Shown one piece after another: positions 8,658 through 18,883 of a stretch of DNA of 64,000 nucleotides (within the stretch, counting starts at the first letter, position 1; the number at the start of each line of letters is the position of its first letter). This DNA comes from Promethearchaeota archaeon. GTDB lineage: Archaea; Asgardarchaeota; Lokiarchaeia; Sigyniarchaeales; SOKP01. The notes under the pieces are model-generated. The model saw only the letters and a program-made list of their open reading frames with translations. It had not been told where the DNA came from and searched no databases. Made by a program: the position numbers and the translations under genes. Location: contig SHMW01000004.1 in NCBI GenBank assembly GCA_008080735.1, positions 51,169-115,168 on the forward strand, in the 5' to 3' direction.

Positions 8658-9899
8658 TTACACTTCATACCTCCGTTTGTAGAATAGAATGAATGTGACT
8701 ATATTCAATACGATGCTTATCCCAAGAAGGAAAAAGAAATGAAATCCAAATACAGTCTTTCCTTTTGCCAAAATAGCTTCCACCATCGGACTTCCATGTG
8801 TTAATGGCAATATATTCGCAAAGACTCGTAAATAGATGGGCATCGATCCTAATGGAACAAAAATACCACTGAGCAAAATAATAACAATGAAAAATGCAAA
8901 GAATAACTGATTTGCCTCCGTTTTACTCTTACTGAGAGAACTAATGAAAAGACCGAGACTAATTCCAGTGTATCCTAGGATATATATCGCTAGGAACAGC
9001 TCAGATAAGGACCCCTTCAAATAAAGACCGCCAAATATAGAAGCTAAAAGTATGAGAAGAGTTTGTAGAAATAATACTAACGAGTAAGTGATATATTTCG
9101 AGATGAGTACTTCTGCTCGTTTTACGGGGGTGAGTAATAATCGTGCTATGGGTTTTTCTTTCACGATCACTAGAATCGTCAATACATTTGCGATTCCGAA
9201 AATCATCAAAGGCAAAATCATAATCAAATTCGAGTTCAAGCTGGCATTATAATCTGCTGGAATTGAAAACTCTTCATTCGGCTCTAATACAATTTGAGGA
9301 GTCAAATTATTCGCTGAGATAAAAAGATTCACAGAATCATATATCGCATTCAATATTTTTTGAATATCTGCGATTCGTGAAGAATCTGGTATACACTCGA
9401 TCGAGGCGGGGAGCTCATATTCAAGCATCTCACTAAATTCTAAAGGAACAACAATAATGCATTTTATTTCTCCATGTAATAACATATTTCTAGCAGTTTC
9501 CATCGAATATCTTTGTTCGGGGTTTGTGGTATTATAAAATGCTATTAGATTCAAAGAGTCTGTCTCATTGACCGCGTTTATGTATGGAATGGTATAATTA
9601 TCCCATGTGGTTTCTGTATAATTATTATTGGGATTAATAAAGGTGTTTGAATCATTTGAGACGATTACTACGGGAAATGCACTTCCATTACCCGCTTCTT
9701 GATTCATAAAAGAAAATAACATAATGATTCCAGGAGGTAATAGTAGCGCGATGACTAAATTCCACGGATCAGTCCGTAATAGTCTAAATTCTTTTTTAAT
9801 TTGTTTAAAAAGGCGAAATAAGCTGTTCTTCAAATTTATTATTGTTCTTTTGAAAGAACTCTTTTGATTTTTATCTGTTTTCTGTTCTTTCACCATCAA
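8658..9899 (-). CDS. ABC-2 type permease with a large extracellular loop
   Basis: N-terminal IKKEFRLLRTD plus a TM, a sequon-rich loop, RLLLTPVKRAEVLISK, LSGIFVP and PLTH. Confidence 0.9.
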   Translation of the reverse strand: MMVKEQKTDKNQKSSFKRTIINLKNSLFRLFKQIKKEFRLLRTDPWNLVIALLLPPGIIMLFSFMNQEAGNGSAFPVVIVSNDSNTFINPNNNYTETTWDNYTIPYINAVNETDSLNLIAFYNTTNPEQRYSMETARNMLLHGEIKCIIVVPLEFSEMLEYELPASIECIPDSSRIADIQKILNAIYDSVNLFISANNLTPQIVLEPNEEFSIPADYNASLNSNLIMILPLMIFGIANVLTILVIVKEKPIARLLLTPVKRAEVLISKYITYSLVLFLQTLLILLASIFGGLYLKGSLSELFLAIYILGYTGISLGLFISSLSKSKTEANQLFFAFFIVIILLSGIFVPLGSMPIYLRVFANILPLTHGSPMVEAILAKGKTVFGFHFFFLLGISIVLNIVTFILFYKRRYEV

Positions 9900-11050
9900 A
9901 CCTCCACCTTTTTAAACATATATACTATATAAGCTAATGCATCATATATAAGCGCAATAATTACTACAATCAACAATGAATAGATATCTACGGGCAATCC
10001 TTTCAACGTGATTTCCAATACCAATGGTATTGAATGATACAATGGGAACGAATAAATTATTGCTTGCATAAATACGGGCAAATTATCGGCACTAATAAAC
10101 TGCCCTGAAAATATTAATATGACAATAAAAAACATAATATATAACTGATTTGCTTGTTGATCGGTGCCACTTAGAGACGAAATAAATAGACCTATTGACA
10201 CCCCAGAAAATCCAATGGCAAGCAGAACTAGAAATAATTCAAAGAGAGATCCAAGACTATAAAGCCCAAAGAGAGCTGTCGCAACAAAGATTTCCGCTAC
10301 TTGTATGCTCATTATTGCTGAATTTGCGATAAGTTTACTTAATATAATTGACCTTTTTGAGGTTGGAGTAATCAGCATTCGAGGTAATGGTCCTTCAGAA
10401 ACAATTGATAAGCAAGATAAATTCATCGTGGTTCCAATAATAATTAACGGAATAGTCAGCGCAAATGCGTAGTTCACGACCTGAGCCTCCCAGAATGGTA
10501 CTTCAAATTCTAAATATGGTATGAAATATGTGAAATTGGCGGTTTTTCCAATTTTTATTCTAAATTGAGCGATTGGCTCGAACATGGTCACGTTTATAGC
10601 ACTTACTGCATCTGAATCTGAGCCGTCTATATAAAAAATTATTGGAATATCAGTATTATTCTCAACTGTTTCCGAAAAATTTTCGGGAAGGACTAAGAAC
10701 ACATCAATGACTTCATCTTTTAACCATTGGGTATAAAATGATTTTGCTTCTTCATATTCTTCTGGATTAGTAACATTACGATAGCCCTTGAATCCAAAAG
10801 ATGATAAATTACCTTCAAACACATTAATAAAATCGTCCGCATATTGGGACGAATTTTCGGGGAAATTCTCATATGTGGGAATACTATCTTTTGAAATAAT
10901 AGATACATTGAAGAATTCAGTAGGACCCCCTCCTGAGGTTAACCCGAATACTATAATTAAGATCAGTGGGATTGCAAATAAGAGAATTAGAGTACGCTTA
11001 TCACTTCGTATTCTCCCAAACTCCTTTCTTATCAATCCACTTAATTTAAT
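9896..11050 (-). CDS. ABC-2 type permease
   Basis: IRKEFGRIRSDKRTL, IDGSD, RMLITPTSKRSIILSK, FSGQF. Overlaps the next gene by 4 nt. Start is TTG 11035, or ATT 11050 after GAGGT. Confidence 0.9.
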   Translation of the reverse strand: MKLSGLIRKEFGRIRSDKRTLILLFAIPLILIIVFGLTSGGGPTEFFNVSIISKDSIPTYENFPENSSQYADDFINVFEGNLSSFGFKGYRNVTNPEEYEEAKSFYTQWLKDEVIDVFLVLPENFSETVENNTDIPIIFYIDGSDSDAVSAINVTMFEPIAQFRIKIGKTANFTYFIPYLEFEVPFWEAQVVNYAFALTIPLIIIGTTMNLSCLSIVSEGPLPRMLITPTSKRSIILSKLIANSAIMSIQVAEIFVATALFGLYSLGSLFELFLVLLAIGFSGVSIGLFISSLSGTDQQANQLYIMFFIVILIFSGQFISADNLPVFMQAIIYSFPLYHSIPLVLEITLKGLPVDIYSLLIVVIIALIYDALAYIVYMFKKVEV

Positions 11051-11353
11051 TTTAAATACCTCTGATTTCGTTCTGCTGAAATTTTAAACTTATTCTGATA
11101 ACAATTATAAAATAAACATAAAAATTTGTTTTAAAAAATCTATTTTTTTCGAAATTATTCAATTAGATTAGATAGATTAGATAGTCTTGTAATAAAAAGT
11201 TGATTCAGACATTACGATAAGATGAATATCTAATTACAAAATTACTTGGGATGTTTAGATATTTATGAAGATTGAAGAAACCTATAAATATAAGTTAATC
11301 TGAATTAAAACCTAAAAGAGCGACTATTTGGAAGAAGAATTTTACTTAAGAAT

Positions 11354-11989
11354 ATGAGTTTATTAGAAGAATTAAAAAATAGTGTAATTGAGGGAGAACC
11401 TACAAAATCTGCCGAAATTGCAGATCAGATCGTAAAAAATAAGGGAAATATTCAGGAAGCGATAATCAAGGGACTGAATGCTGCTATGCTTGAAGTTAGC
11501 AGATTATATAAATCAAAGGAATATTATTTACCCGAAATAATAATTGCATCTGATGCATTGTATAGTGCGTTAGAGGTGTTTAAACCACATCTCGAAAAGG
11601 TTACATTAAAGAAGAAAGCTGTAGTGGTAATTGGTGTGGTGCGCGGAGATATTCATGATATTGGAAAAAACCTTACCAAGTTATTTTTGGAAGCCATGGG
11701 GTATGAAGTTATTGATTGTGGAAGAAATGTGAAAGCAGAGACCTTTATTGAGAAAATTCGCGAACATGATGCGGATATTCTCGCTCTTTCAACTCTTATG
11801 AATCCAACTCTAGAAAGCATCAGTGAACTTATTGAAATTCTTAAAAAAGAGGGTATATACAGCAAATTAACGATATTGATTGGTGGTGCGGCTACGAACG
11901 AAGAATTTTCAAAAAAAATCGGGGTAACCTATTGTAGAGAGGCTTTTGAAGCTATTGAGGTGTTAGATAGAAAATATGGGGGGAAATAA
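11354..11989 (+). CDS. Corrinoid (cobalamin-binding) methyltransferase cognate protein
   Basis: Cap domain followed by GDIHDIGKN (DxHxxG), LSTLM and IGGA. Confidence 0.92.
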   Translation: MSLLEELKNSVIEGEPTKSAEIADQIVKNKGNIQEAIIKGLNAAMLEVSRLYKSKEYYLPEIIIASDALYSALEVFKPHLEKVTLKKKAVVVIGVVRGDIHDIGKNLTKLFLEAMGYEVIDCGRNVKAETFIEKIREHDADILALSTLMNPTLESISELIEILKKEGIYSKLTILIGGAATNEEFSKKIGVTYCREAFEAIEVLDRKYGGK

Positions 11990-11992
11990 GAC

Positions 11993-13045
11993 ATGGAATC
12001 AATAACAGAAAAGTTAAATACGAACTTTTTTAAGGGTGTATTGGCGCAGGAGGGCTTTTCGGTTCCGGCTGTACCGATTATACTTGGCTATTCAATTTGG
12101 GCTTATTCCCATTATAAAAAAATTCCCGCAGAAAGAATTATGAGAAATGGAGAATTCCACGCCGCAGCACAATTATATGTTGCAAAAAAATATGAACTCC
12201 CGTTTGTGGTTACCTTCACAGATCTCAATCTTATTGGAGAAGCATTGGGAGCCCAATTAACTTACTTGCCCGATGTGATTCCTGTTCATGAATCTCCTGC
12301 AATTCAAAATTTAGATGAGATAAATAACCTTTCTCCCGCTAATCCTGAAAAAGATGGAAGATTGCCCGTAATCGTGAAGACCGCCGAAATTTTCAGTGAA
12401 AAATTTAAAGCTGATGAACATATTTTAATGGCTGGATGTGAAGGTCCCGTCACTGCAAGTGGCTCGATTGTAGGGATGGAAAACTTAATGAGAAATATGA
12501 TTAATCGACCCGAAAAAGTTCACAAGGTGTTAGATATCGCCTCTCAGAGTATAATCCGCTTTTTAAATGCCCAATTAAAACGAGGAATGGAATTTGTAAC
12601 ACTCGCGGATCCAAGTGCCTCTTGTACTTGTATCTCTCCGGAATTCTTTAAGGAATTTGCGCGTCCGTATTATAAAAAGATTGTAAAACAGGTTAATTCC
12701 CCTATTTTTATGATTCATATCTGTGGAGAAGTCCTACCAATCTTAAAAGATCTAATAAGAATTCCAAAGATGATGATTATTAGCGTTGATGATGTCGATA
12801 TGGCACAGGCTAAAAAAATAATTGGAAATAAATTTGTCTTGTTAATGGGAAATGTTTCAACTTCAATCATGCGATACGGAACGGCTTCCCAAGTTGAAAT
12901 GGAAGTTAGGCGAGTGATTAATAAAGCGGGAAAAGGGGGTAAACTTTTACTTAGTTCTGCGTGTGATTTATCACCAGGCACTCCCGAAAGAAACATTCTT
13001 ACAATGATTAAGGCGGCAAAAAAATATGGTACATTTCCACTTTAA
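11993..13045 (+). CDS. MtaA/CmuA-like methyltransferase (UROD family)
   Basis: EALGA, DGRLP, EGP, ADPSAS, IHICG, GNV and SSACDL motifs; adjacent to the corrinoid protein. Confidence 0.85.
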   Translation: MESITEKLNTNFFKGVLAQEGFSVPAVPIILGYSIWAYSHYKKIPAERIMRNGEFHAAAQLYVAKKYELPFVVTFTDLNLIGEALGAQLTYLPDVIPVHESPAIQNLDEINNLSPANPEKDGRLPVIVKTAEIFSEKFKADEHILMAGCEGPVTASGSIVGMENLMRNMINRPEKVHKVLDIASQSIIRFLNAQLKRGMEFVTLADPSASCTCISPEFFKEFARPYYKKIVKQVNSPIFMIHICGEVLPILKDLIRIPKMMIISVDDVDMAQAKKIIGNKFVLLMGNVSTSIMRYGTASQVEMEVRRVINKAGKGGKLLLSSACDLSPGTPERNILTMIKAAKKYGTFPL

Positions 13046-13059
13046 TTTCTAATGGGTGA

Positions 13060-14139
13060 TCAATCCAAATATTCTTTCCAAGCGAGCTCAAATGCTTCCC
13101 GCATTGGTAAAAACCCCACTTCGGACACCACTGAAGAATAAAAATCGGGTTTGGTCGTATCAAAAGCACTAAATCCCGTTTCCAGTAGTCTTCTGGAAGT
13201 TCCATTATTCTCTACCTTTTTATCTAAATTAGATTCTAAATCTATTCCTAAATGGTTAAACAATATTTTTTCTTCAACTTTTCTGCGTTCTACTTTTACA
13301 AGCCCTCCTAATAAAGTGTTTCGAGCATACTTGTAGGTCGCGCCAAGGAAGTATACAGGTAAATCTTTTGTTTTAGCAAGAGTCGCGATCATACGAGTCC
13401 CCATCTTATTTAAGACTACTCCATCAGCGGATACAGCATCGATTCCGAACATAAATAGATTGATCTTACGAAATTCAAATCCAAATTGACTAAGATTTAT
13501 TAATTTCACCGGAATTCCCTCTTGAATCAATTGATACGCCGTAAGAACTCCTTGTTGTTCTGGTTCGGTTTTATCTACGATAACTTGGCTTATATAATCG
13601 CGAGCTTCTATGATTGCTTTTCTCACGACACCAGAATGACAGTGAGTGCCGATGATCAGTTTATCCAGTTCATAAGATTCGACACGGTCTATAATCCGGT
13701 TTTTAAAAATCGATGCGATTTTATCCTCTGATGCATCATAATTTTCTTGATGAAATATGATTTCCTTTTCTAAAATTGACTTAGCTTCACTCACAGTCGC
13801 AATAGTAAATTTTTCAAGCCGTTTTCTAATAAAAAATGCGGTATTTAAAGGAACTTGACTCGTTAACCGAACAGTTAACAAAAAATCAATGATAATATTA
13901 ATATTGGTTAAAAATTGTTCTAGGTTTTTTTCGGGCACACTTGTTTTTTTACAATATGTTAAGAGCGCATCAAGCATTCCTCGGGCATTTCCAGTGGCTC
14001 CTTGATATTTCTGATTTTCTGGAATCATAAATTTCTTAATTTGAAAACCGATCTCTTCTACAAATTTAGGATATGGTTCATTATAACCATACTGTTTATT
14101 AGTTTTTTCCCATGCTGCTTTAAATTCGTTTACATTCAT
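13060..14139 (-). CDS. eIF2B/ribose-1,5-bisphosphate isomerase family protein
   Basis: THCHS, GIDAV, NKMGT, TYKY and AFDTT motifs. Confidence 0.8.
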   Translation of the reverse strand: MNVNEFKAAWEKTNKQYGYNEPYPKFVEEIGFQIKKFMIPENQKYQGATGNARGMLDALLTYCKKTSVPEKNLEQFLTNINIIIDFLLTVRLTSQVPLNTAFFIRKRLEKFTIATVSEAKSILEKEIIFHQENYDASEDKIASIFKNRIIDRVESYELDKLIIGTHCHSGVVRKAIIEARDYISQVIVDKTEPEQQGVLTAYQLIQEGIPVKLINLSQFGFEFRKINLFMFGIDAVSADGVVLNKMGTRMIATLAKTKDLPVYFLGATYKYARNTLLGGLVKVERRKVEEKILFNHLGIDLESNLDKKVENNGTSRRLLETGFSAFDTTKPDFYSSVVSEVGFLPMREAFELAWKEYLD

Positions 14140-14301
14140 ATAAATTCACGATTAAATGTTTTGTTACTAACTATTTTAATTTTAATATATTATATATTCA
14201 TAATTATCTTACTATGGATTTCTTTTTATCTTTTCCTTGAAAATCAGAAGTAAATCAATCAAATAAGCTTTATCACCATAATCTATATATTTTCTTCTCT
14301 T

Positions 14302-14324
14302 AAAAAAATGGACTCCATTTTTTT
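14302..14324. promoter_or_regulatory. Perfect 11-bp inverted repeat in a divergent intergenic region; putative operator
   Basis: AAAAAAATGGA-C-TCCATTTTTTT. Confidence 0.35.
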
Positions 14325-14390
14325 TTAAACCTAGTAATGGTTATTGTTGATTAAGATAAAAAAAATATTAGTAAAAGTGAGATATAAAAA

Positions 14391-14858
14391 ATGTCAAGTA
14401 TCTTGGATTATAGTTTGGAAATGGAAAATTTTCCCACCTGGACAGAAATCGTTGAATGGTTTTTGGCTCTTCCCATTCATTTTCAAGTTCTCCTAGTTAT
14501 CGGGATCTTCTTGATCATTGCTGGGTCCTTAGTGCTGGTATATTATATTCTTAAAGGATTGTTTTATCTCCTAAAGGCTGTCGCTAAAGGATTAAAGAAA
14601 CTTTTTACAAATCTCTACTATGCAATATCAGGAAAAACACGACCAGGAGAACCTGTTTATGTGAGTCAATATCCTCCATCAAGTAAAAGTCATCAACCTT
14701 CAGAACAATCTTTATCACCAAAAATACCGAGACAATCTGGTGGGATTCAATTTTGCACTGAATGCGGTAATAAAATTACAAAGAAAATGCAAAATAAACT
14801 CAACGAGACCGGTGTGGTTTATTGTGTGTTTTGTGGGAGTGAAATTATTAAAGAATAA
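14391..14858 (+). CDS. Membrane protein with a C-terminal zinc ribbon
   Basis: One long hydrophobic helix; FCTECG...YCVFCG. Confidence 0.8.
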   Translation: MSSILDYSLEMENFPTWTEIVEWFLALPIHFQVLLVIGIFLIIAGSLVLVYYILKGLFYLLKAVAKGLKKLFTNLYYAISGKTRPGEPVYVSQYPPSSKSHQPSEQSLSPKIPRQSGGIQFCTECGNKITKKMQNKLNETGVVYCVFCGSEIIKE

Positions 14859-14938
14859 ACTTTTGTTTTCTTTTCTTTTTTAAAGTATCATTATAATTCA
14901 AAAATAGTGATTTTCTGCTATTATAGTTATGTAAGCGC

Positions 14939-15377
14939 TTAAGCGCGTTTAATTTGTTCTTTTTCTCTAAACGAGATTTTCCATAATTTCTTGGCAAGAT
15001 AAAATGAAATCATACATATAATTGAGGAGGAAATTACTCCATAGAGAATCTTTATACCATCCTATTTTTCCCAATCTATCCATTTTTAGCAATGCAGTTT
15101 CTTTTGATATTAGTCCTTTAGATTTATATTGTAAAATGAATGAAAGAGTGGAAAAATACTTGACATCCAGAATTCTAAATACTTTAAGTGTCCTAAAGTC
15201 ATCAGTTCATAATAAATCTCCTTTATTTTCTACATATAAACGTATCGCTTCAGCTTCTCCATCATGTATATTAAAATTATTCATAAGGTTTAAACCTAAC
15301 TTGATCATACGTTTTAAAAGCCAGCGCGGTGCCTTTGAACTATGGAGAGAAAGAGTTGCTATTCCAACTTTACTCAT
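14939..15377 (-). pseudogene. Chimeric remnant: DUF763-like N-terminus, PIN/DUF3368-like C-half with an internal TGA, and a membrane-protein tail
   Basis: Hand translation from ATG 15377: MSKVGIATLSLHSSKAPRWLLKRMIKLG|...IHDGEAEAIRL...LL*TDD...STLSFIL...KGLISKE, with TGA at 15207-15209. Confidence 0.7.
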
Positions 15378-15482
15378 AAAAAATAATTTTTATTTGTTTT
15401 TATTCTATCATCCTCTTTGCAGACTTTAAAAGAGAAGATAGTGCCAATTTTCTAAAAGATAAAAAAAATTGTATTAAAAATT

Positions 15483-16343
15483 CTATTCAATTTTGATGGT
15501 TCTTGGGCTAGTATCAATATCTAATTTTTTGTAATAAGAATCCATTCTCTTATTATAGCTTGGAGCTCTCGCTTCAACAAAAAGAGAAATTGGAACGAAA
15601 GTGAAGATTATTACAATTGGATCGATAAAAACTATAAATATAGTTGAGAAATCACTGGTTGTTGTGAAATATTGATATAAAATTAAGCTATAGCTGATCA
15701 CAGTAGAAATTCCTACAAATCCTTTCAATAATTTTTTATAAAATCTTCCAACACTTTCGATATCGGGTGCAACGGGACGATTATATTCTTCGATCTTTTT
15801 AGCACACATTAAACCTGAAGAATCGAGCATCCATAGAGGGATTATGATTAAAGAGGCGACAGGAGCGCCAATAATGATTGAAATCCATTCTATCACGACA
15901 GGTAAATCTTGAGCTCCTCCGCCATCAACAACAAATAAATGATTTAATGTCCCATATAGAGTTAAATATATCGCAATATTTACAGCTAATAATCCAGGGA
16001 ATATAGAACGTAAGAGAATCGTCCTTCCGGGCATTTTTTTTTCATAAGAGATTTTGAAATATTCATATTTATTCAATCGGACTAATCTGTGTAGAAATAT
16101 AAAAAATAGATTCATCAGTGGTCCAATTAGAAGGGAAATAAACATAAAAATAAACGGTATCATGATAGAAATTAGTAAATCCGTGAAAGCTCCCCCAGGT
16201 ATTAATGGAATGATATCACCACTATTAATACCACCTCCCAATATTAATGGTAAACCAAATTGAAGAAATATGACTAAAACGATTAAAATCACTGAAACTA
16301 TTAATGGAATCTGAAAGCGTTTTTCCATATTTTTTCCTCTCAT
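15483..16343 (-). CDS. Multi-pass membrane protein of unknown function
   Basis: About 6 hydrophobic segments in a 286-aa ORF. Confidence 0.8.
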   Translation of the reverse strand: MRGKNMEKRFQIPLIVSVILIVLVIFLQFGLPLILGGGINSGDIIPLIPGGAFTDLLISIMIPFIFMFISLLIGPLMNLFFIFLHRLVRLNKYEYFKISYEKKMPGRTILLRSIFPGLLAVNIAIYLTLYGTLNHLFVVDGGGAQDLPVVIEWISIIIGAPVASLIIIPLWMLDSSGLMCAKKIEEYNRPVAPDIESVGRFYKKLLKGFVGISTVISYSLILYQYFTTTSDFSTIFIVFIDPIVIIFTFVPISLFVEARAPSYNKRMDSYYKKLDIDTSPRTIKIE

Positions 16344-16629
16344 TATTTATAAATATAATATAAATTCCACCTCAAAGTATATAAATTTTTTCACTTCTCA
16401 ATTTAGCTTTACAATTTTTTGTTTTTCATAACGAATGATATGGTAAATTTTTTAGCGAATTAGTAACACCTAATGGAATATATAAACTAAATATCTAAAC
16501 CAAATGAAAAGCTAAGCCTTTGAAAATAAAAATTTTAAAATTCAATTAAATTTAAAAATTCGTACTTTTACCTTTACTTAACAAGGATTTTGGATTTGAA
16601 TTTCAAATTTTCCGTAGTTTTGATCTGTA

Positions 16630-17973
16630 ATGCTTGAGGAGATTTATTTAGATTTAATACTTGCAGTAATATCCTTAATAACTGCAAGTTTGTTTGTTTT
16701 TATGTATAATAAGCGAGCGTATCCAAAATTATGGATAGTAACTGCCATAACCCTTGCTATAGGTTCATTTGTTTTTTTATTTCGTCATATTGATCAAGAC
16801 TATCGGATTTTCGGAAACATTTTTTACCTATTAACAACCTTATTTTTAGGTTTTTCCATAATATTTGAATATTTTCAAAAAATTATATCAAACGAGAAAA
16901 TCAAATCAAAATTGTATTTAATCTTATCCATTTTGATTTCAAATTTCTTGATTATAATCATCCTGGGTATCTTTCAAGTCTCTCTAATAAATGTCATCCA
17001 AATCTCTGTGATGTTCTTTTTATTTCTCATTGCGTTTATTATGATTCGGTTATATAACAAGGAAAAATCCATAACTCATATTTTAATGCTATTTACAGTG
17101 ATCTTTTCCTTTTTAACTTTATTTTTCTCTGTTCTTCATAATTATAATCTGGAATTGTGTTGGGAGTTCGCTTATATCATGAAAGTTATGCTCTACGCAA
17201 CCTTATTATTAACAGCCACATCAGCGCCAATTGAGAATAGAAGAAAGGAGATTGAAAAAAGATTTTGGGAATCATTCAGTCGAGCTGAATTCTACAAGGA
17301 TGTATTTATACATGATATCAATAATATGCTCCAAATAATTTTATCTGCGATACAAATACTCTTAATAAAGAATCCTAACCTAAATAAGGAGAGAGAACAG
17401 GATTATCTCAAAATGATTAAAAATCAAGTATATAGAGGTTCAAAATTAATTGAAAATCTTAGAATGCTTTCATATCTTGAAAAAAAAGAATTCTTTTTGA
17501 AAAATTTGGAAATCGTTTCAAAATTAAAGTATGTGTTAAACCAAATTAGAGACTATTATAAAGATAAAAATATTGATATTCAAATTGAAACATATGCCAA
17601 ATCAATTTATATACATGCGAATGAGTTAATAAAGGAGGTTTTCCATAATCTACTAACGAATGCAATAGAACATAATGATAATAAAGAGATTTTTATATCC
17701 GTTCGAATTAAAAGAGCACAACAGATTAACCAAAATTTTCTAAGAATAGAAATAGAAGATAACGGAAAAGGGATTGAAGATTCCAGAAAGAAATCAATCT
17801 TCTCTCGAGCTTTTAAAATAGATAATGATTTGAGGGGTTTAGGTCTAGGATTATCTCTTGTCAACAAAATTCTAAATATCTTTAATGGAAAAATTTGGGT
17901 TGAAGATCGAGTGGAAGGTGATTATTCTCAAGGAAGCAAATTTATAATGCTTATTCCTCAAATCGAAAAATAA
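16630..17973 (+). CDS. 7TM sensor histidine kinase
   Basis: About 7 TM helices, H-box HDINN, NLLTNAIEH, DNGKGI, GLGLGL. Confidence 0.92.
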   Translation: MLEEIYLDLILAVISLITASLFVFMYNKRAYPKLWIVTAITLAIGSFVFLFRHIDQDYRIFGNIFYLLTTLFLGFSIIFEYFQKIISNEKIKSKLYLILSILISNFLIIIILGIFQVSLINVIQISVMFFLFLIAFIMIRLYNKEKSITHILMLFTVIFSFLTLFFSVLHNYNLELCWEFAYIMKVMLYATLLLTATSAPIENRRKEIEKRFWESFSRAEFYKDVFIHDINNMLQIILSAIQILLIKNPNLNKEREQDYLKMIKNQVYRGSKLIENLRMLSYLEKKEFFLKNLEIVSKLKYVLNQIRDYYKDKNIDIQIETYAKSIYIHANELIKEVFHNLLTNAIEHNDNKEIFISVRIKRAQQINQNFLRIEIEDNGKGIEDSRKKSIFSRAFKIDNDLRGLGLGLSLVNKILNIFNGKIWVEDRVEGDYSQGSKFIMLIPQIEK

Positions 17974-18011
17974 AATTGGTTTATCCACTTGTGCTGGAAT
18001 GTTAATATAAT

Positions 18012-18593
18012 TTAAAATTCAATTCCCTTTCTTGCTTCTACACCCTCTTCATATGGGTGTCTGTAACAATTGTATCCGATTGAATAATCCGCAATATTCA
18101 CTAATTTTTTATAATACATTGCACCGGTAATGATAACTTCTATATGATTGGGTTTTTGTTTCAATAAAGTGATAAGTTCATCCATGTCTATTAAATTCAA
18201 TGATATGGCATTGATTATTTCATCAAGACCTACTATATCATATTTACCTGAATAAATTATCTTTTGGGCAAATTCAAATCCTTTTTCTGCCAATTTAATA
18301 TCTTTATCTGATTTGCTTTTGCCACTGTTTATAAAATCACCTGTTCCAAATTGCTTAATTTCAATAAAGGGTTGGAGAAAATGGATCTCACCCATGAAAT
18401 ACCCCTTTCTCCCATCTTCTCCATTATTATGAGACTTTAGATATTGAATTAAAATTGGTTTTAGACCATGTCCTAACCCTCTTATTATAGAACCGATAAG
18501 AGTTGTGGTTTTTCCTTTTCCATTTCCGAAATAATAGTGAATTAAACCTCGATTTAAGCGATAGCTTGATTTCTTAGCGGTTGATTTTTCCAT
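18012..18593 (-). CDS. cobO: Cob(I)alamin adenosyltransferase (CobO/BtuR family)
   Basis: GLIHYYFGNGKGKTT, QYLK, LDEI, EVIITG, HPYEEGVEARKGIEF. Confidence 0.9.
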   Translation of the reverse strand: MEKSTAKKSSYRLNRGLIHYYFGNGKGKTTTLIGSIIRGLGHGLKPILIQYLKSHNNGEDGRKGYFMGEIHFLQPFIEIKQFGTGDFINSGKSKSDKDIKLAEKGFEFAQKIIYSGKYDIVGLDEIINAISLNLIDMDELITLLKQKPNHIEVIITGAMYYKKLVNIADYSIGYNCYRHPYEEGVEARKGIEF

Positions 18594-18883
18594 TTTTTAT
18601 TGCATAATTTTTCCGTTTCTATTCTTTTCACTATACATGAATAAGGTAATATACACATTTAAATCTCTAGGATAAGTTTCCTATTTTATTAATCGCATAA
18701 TATTACTACCTAAACATCAATCTCTAATAGATAAAAAATTATACCAATACTATTAAAAAACTAAAGAGATCGTTCTAAAATAATTTCCAATGAAAAATAT
18801 GATAAGAGAGGTTCTAAGTAGAAAATTTTATTAAATCCTAATTCTTAAAAATAGTATCTAAAATTTCCCTAATTCCATGGATT

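Noticed and set aside
15207-15209. In-frame TGA as selenocysteine
   Set aside because: Not a conserved Cys position that I can support, no SECIS recognised, and the surrounding gene is a chimera.
15022-15429. 135-aa plus-strand ORF
   Set aside because: Shadow of the minus-strand chimeric pseudogene; no recognisable motifs.
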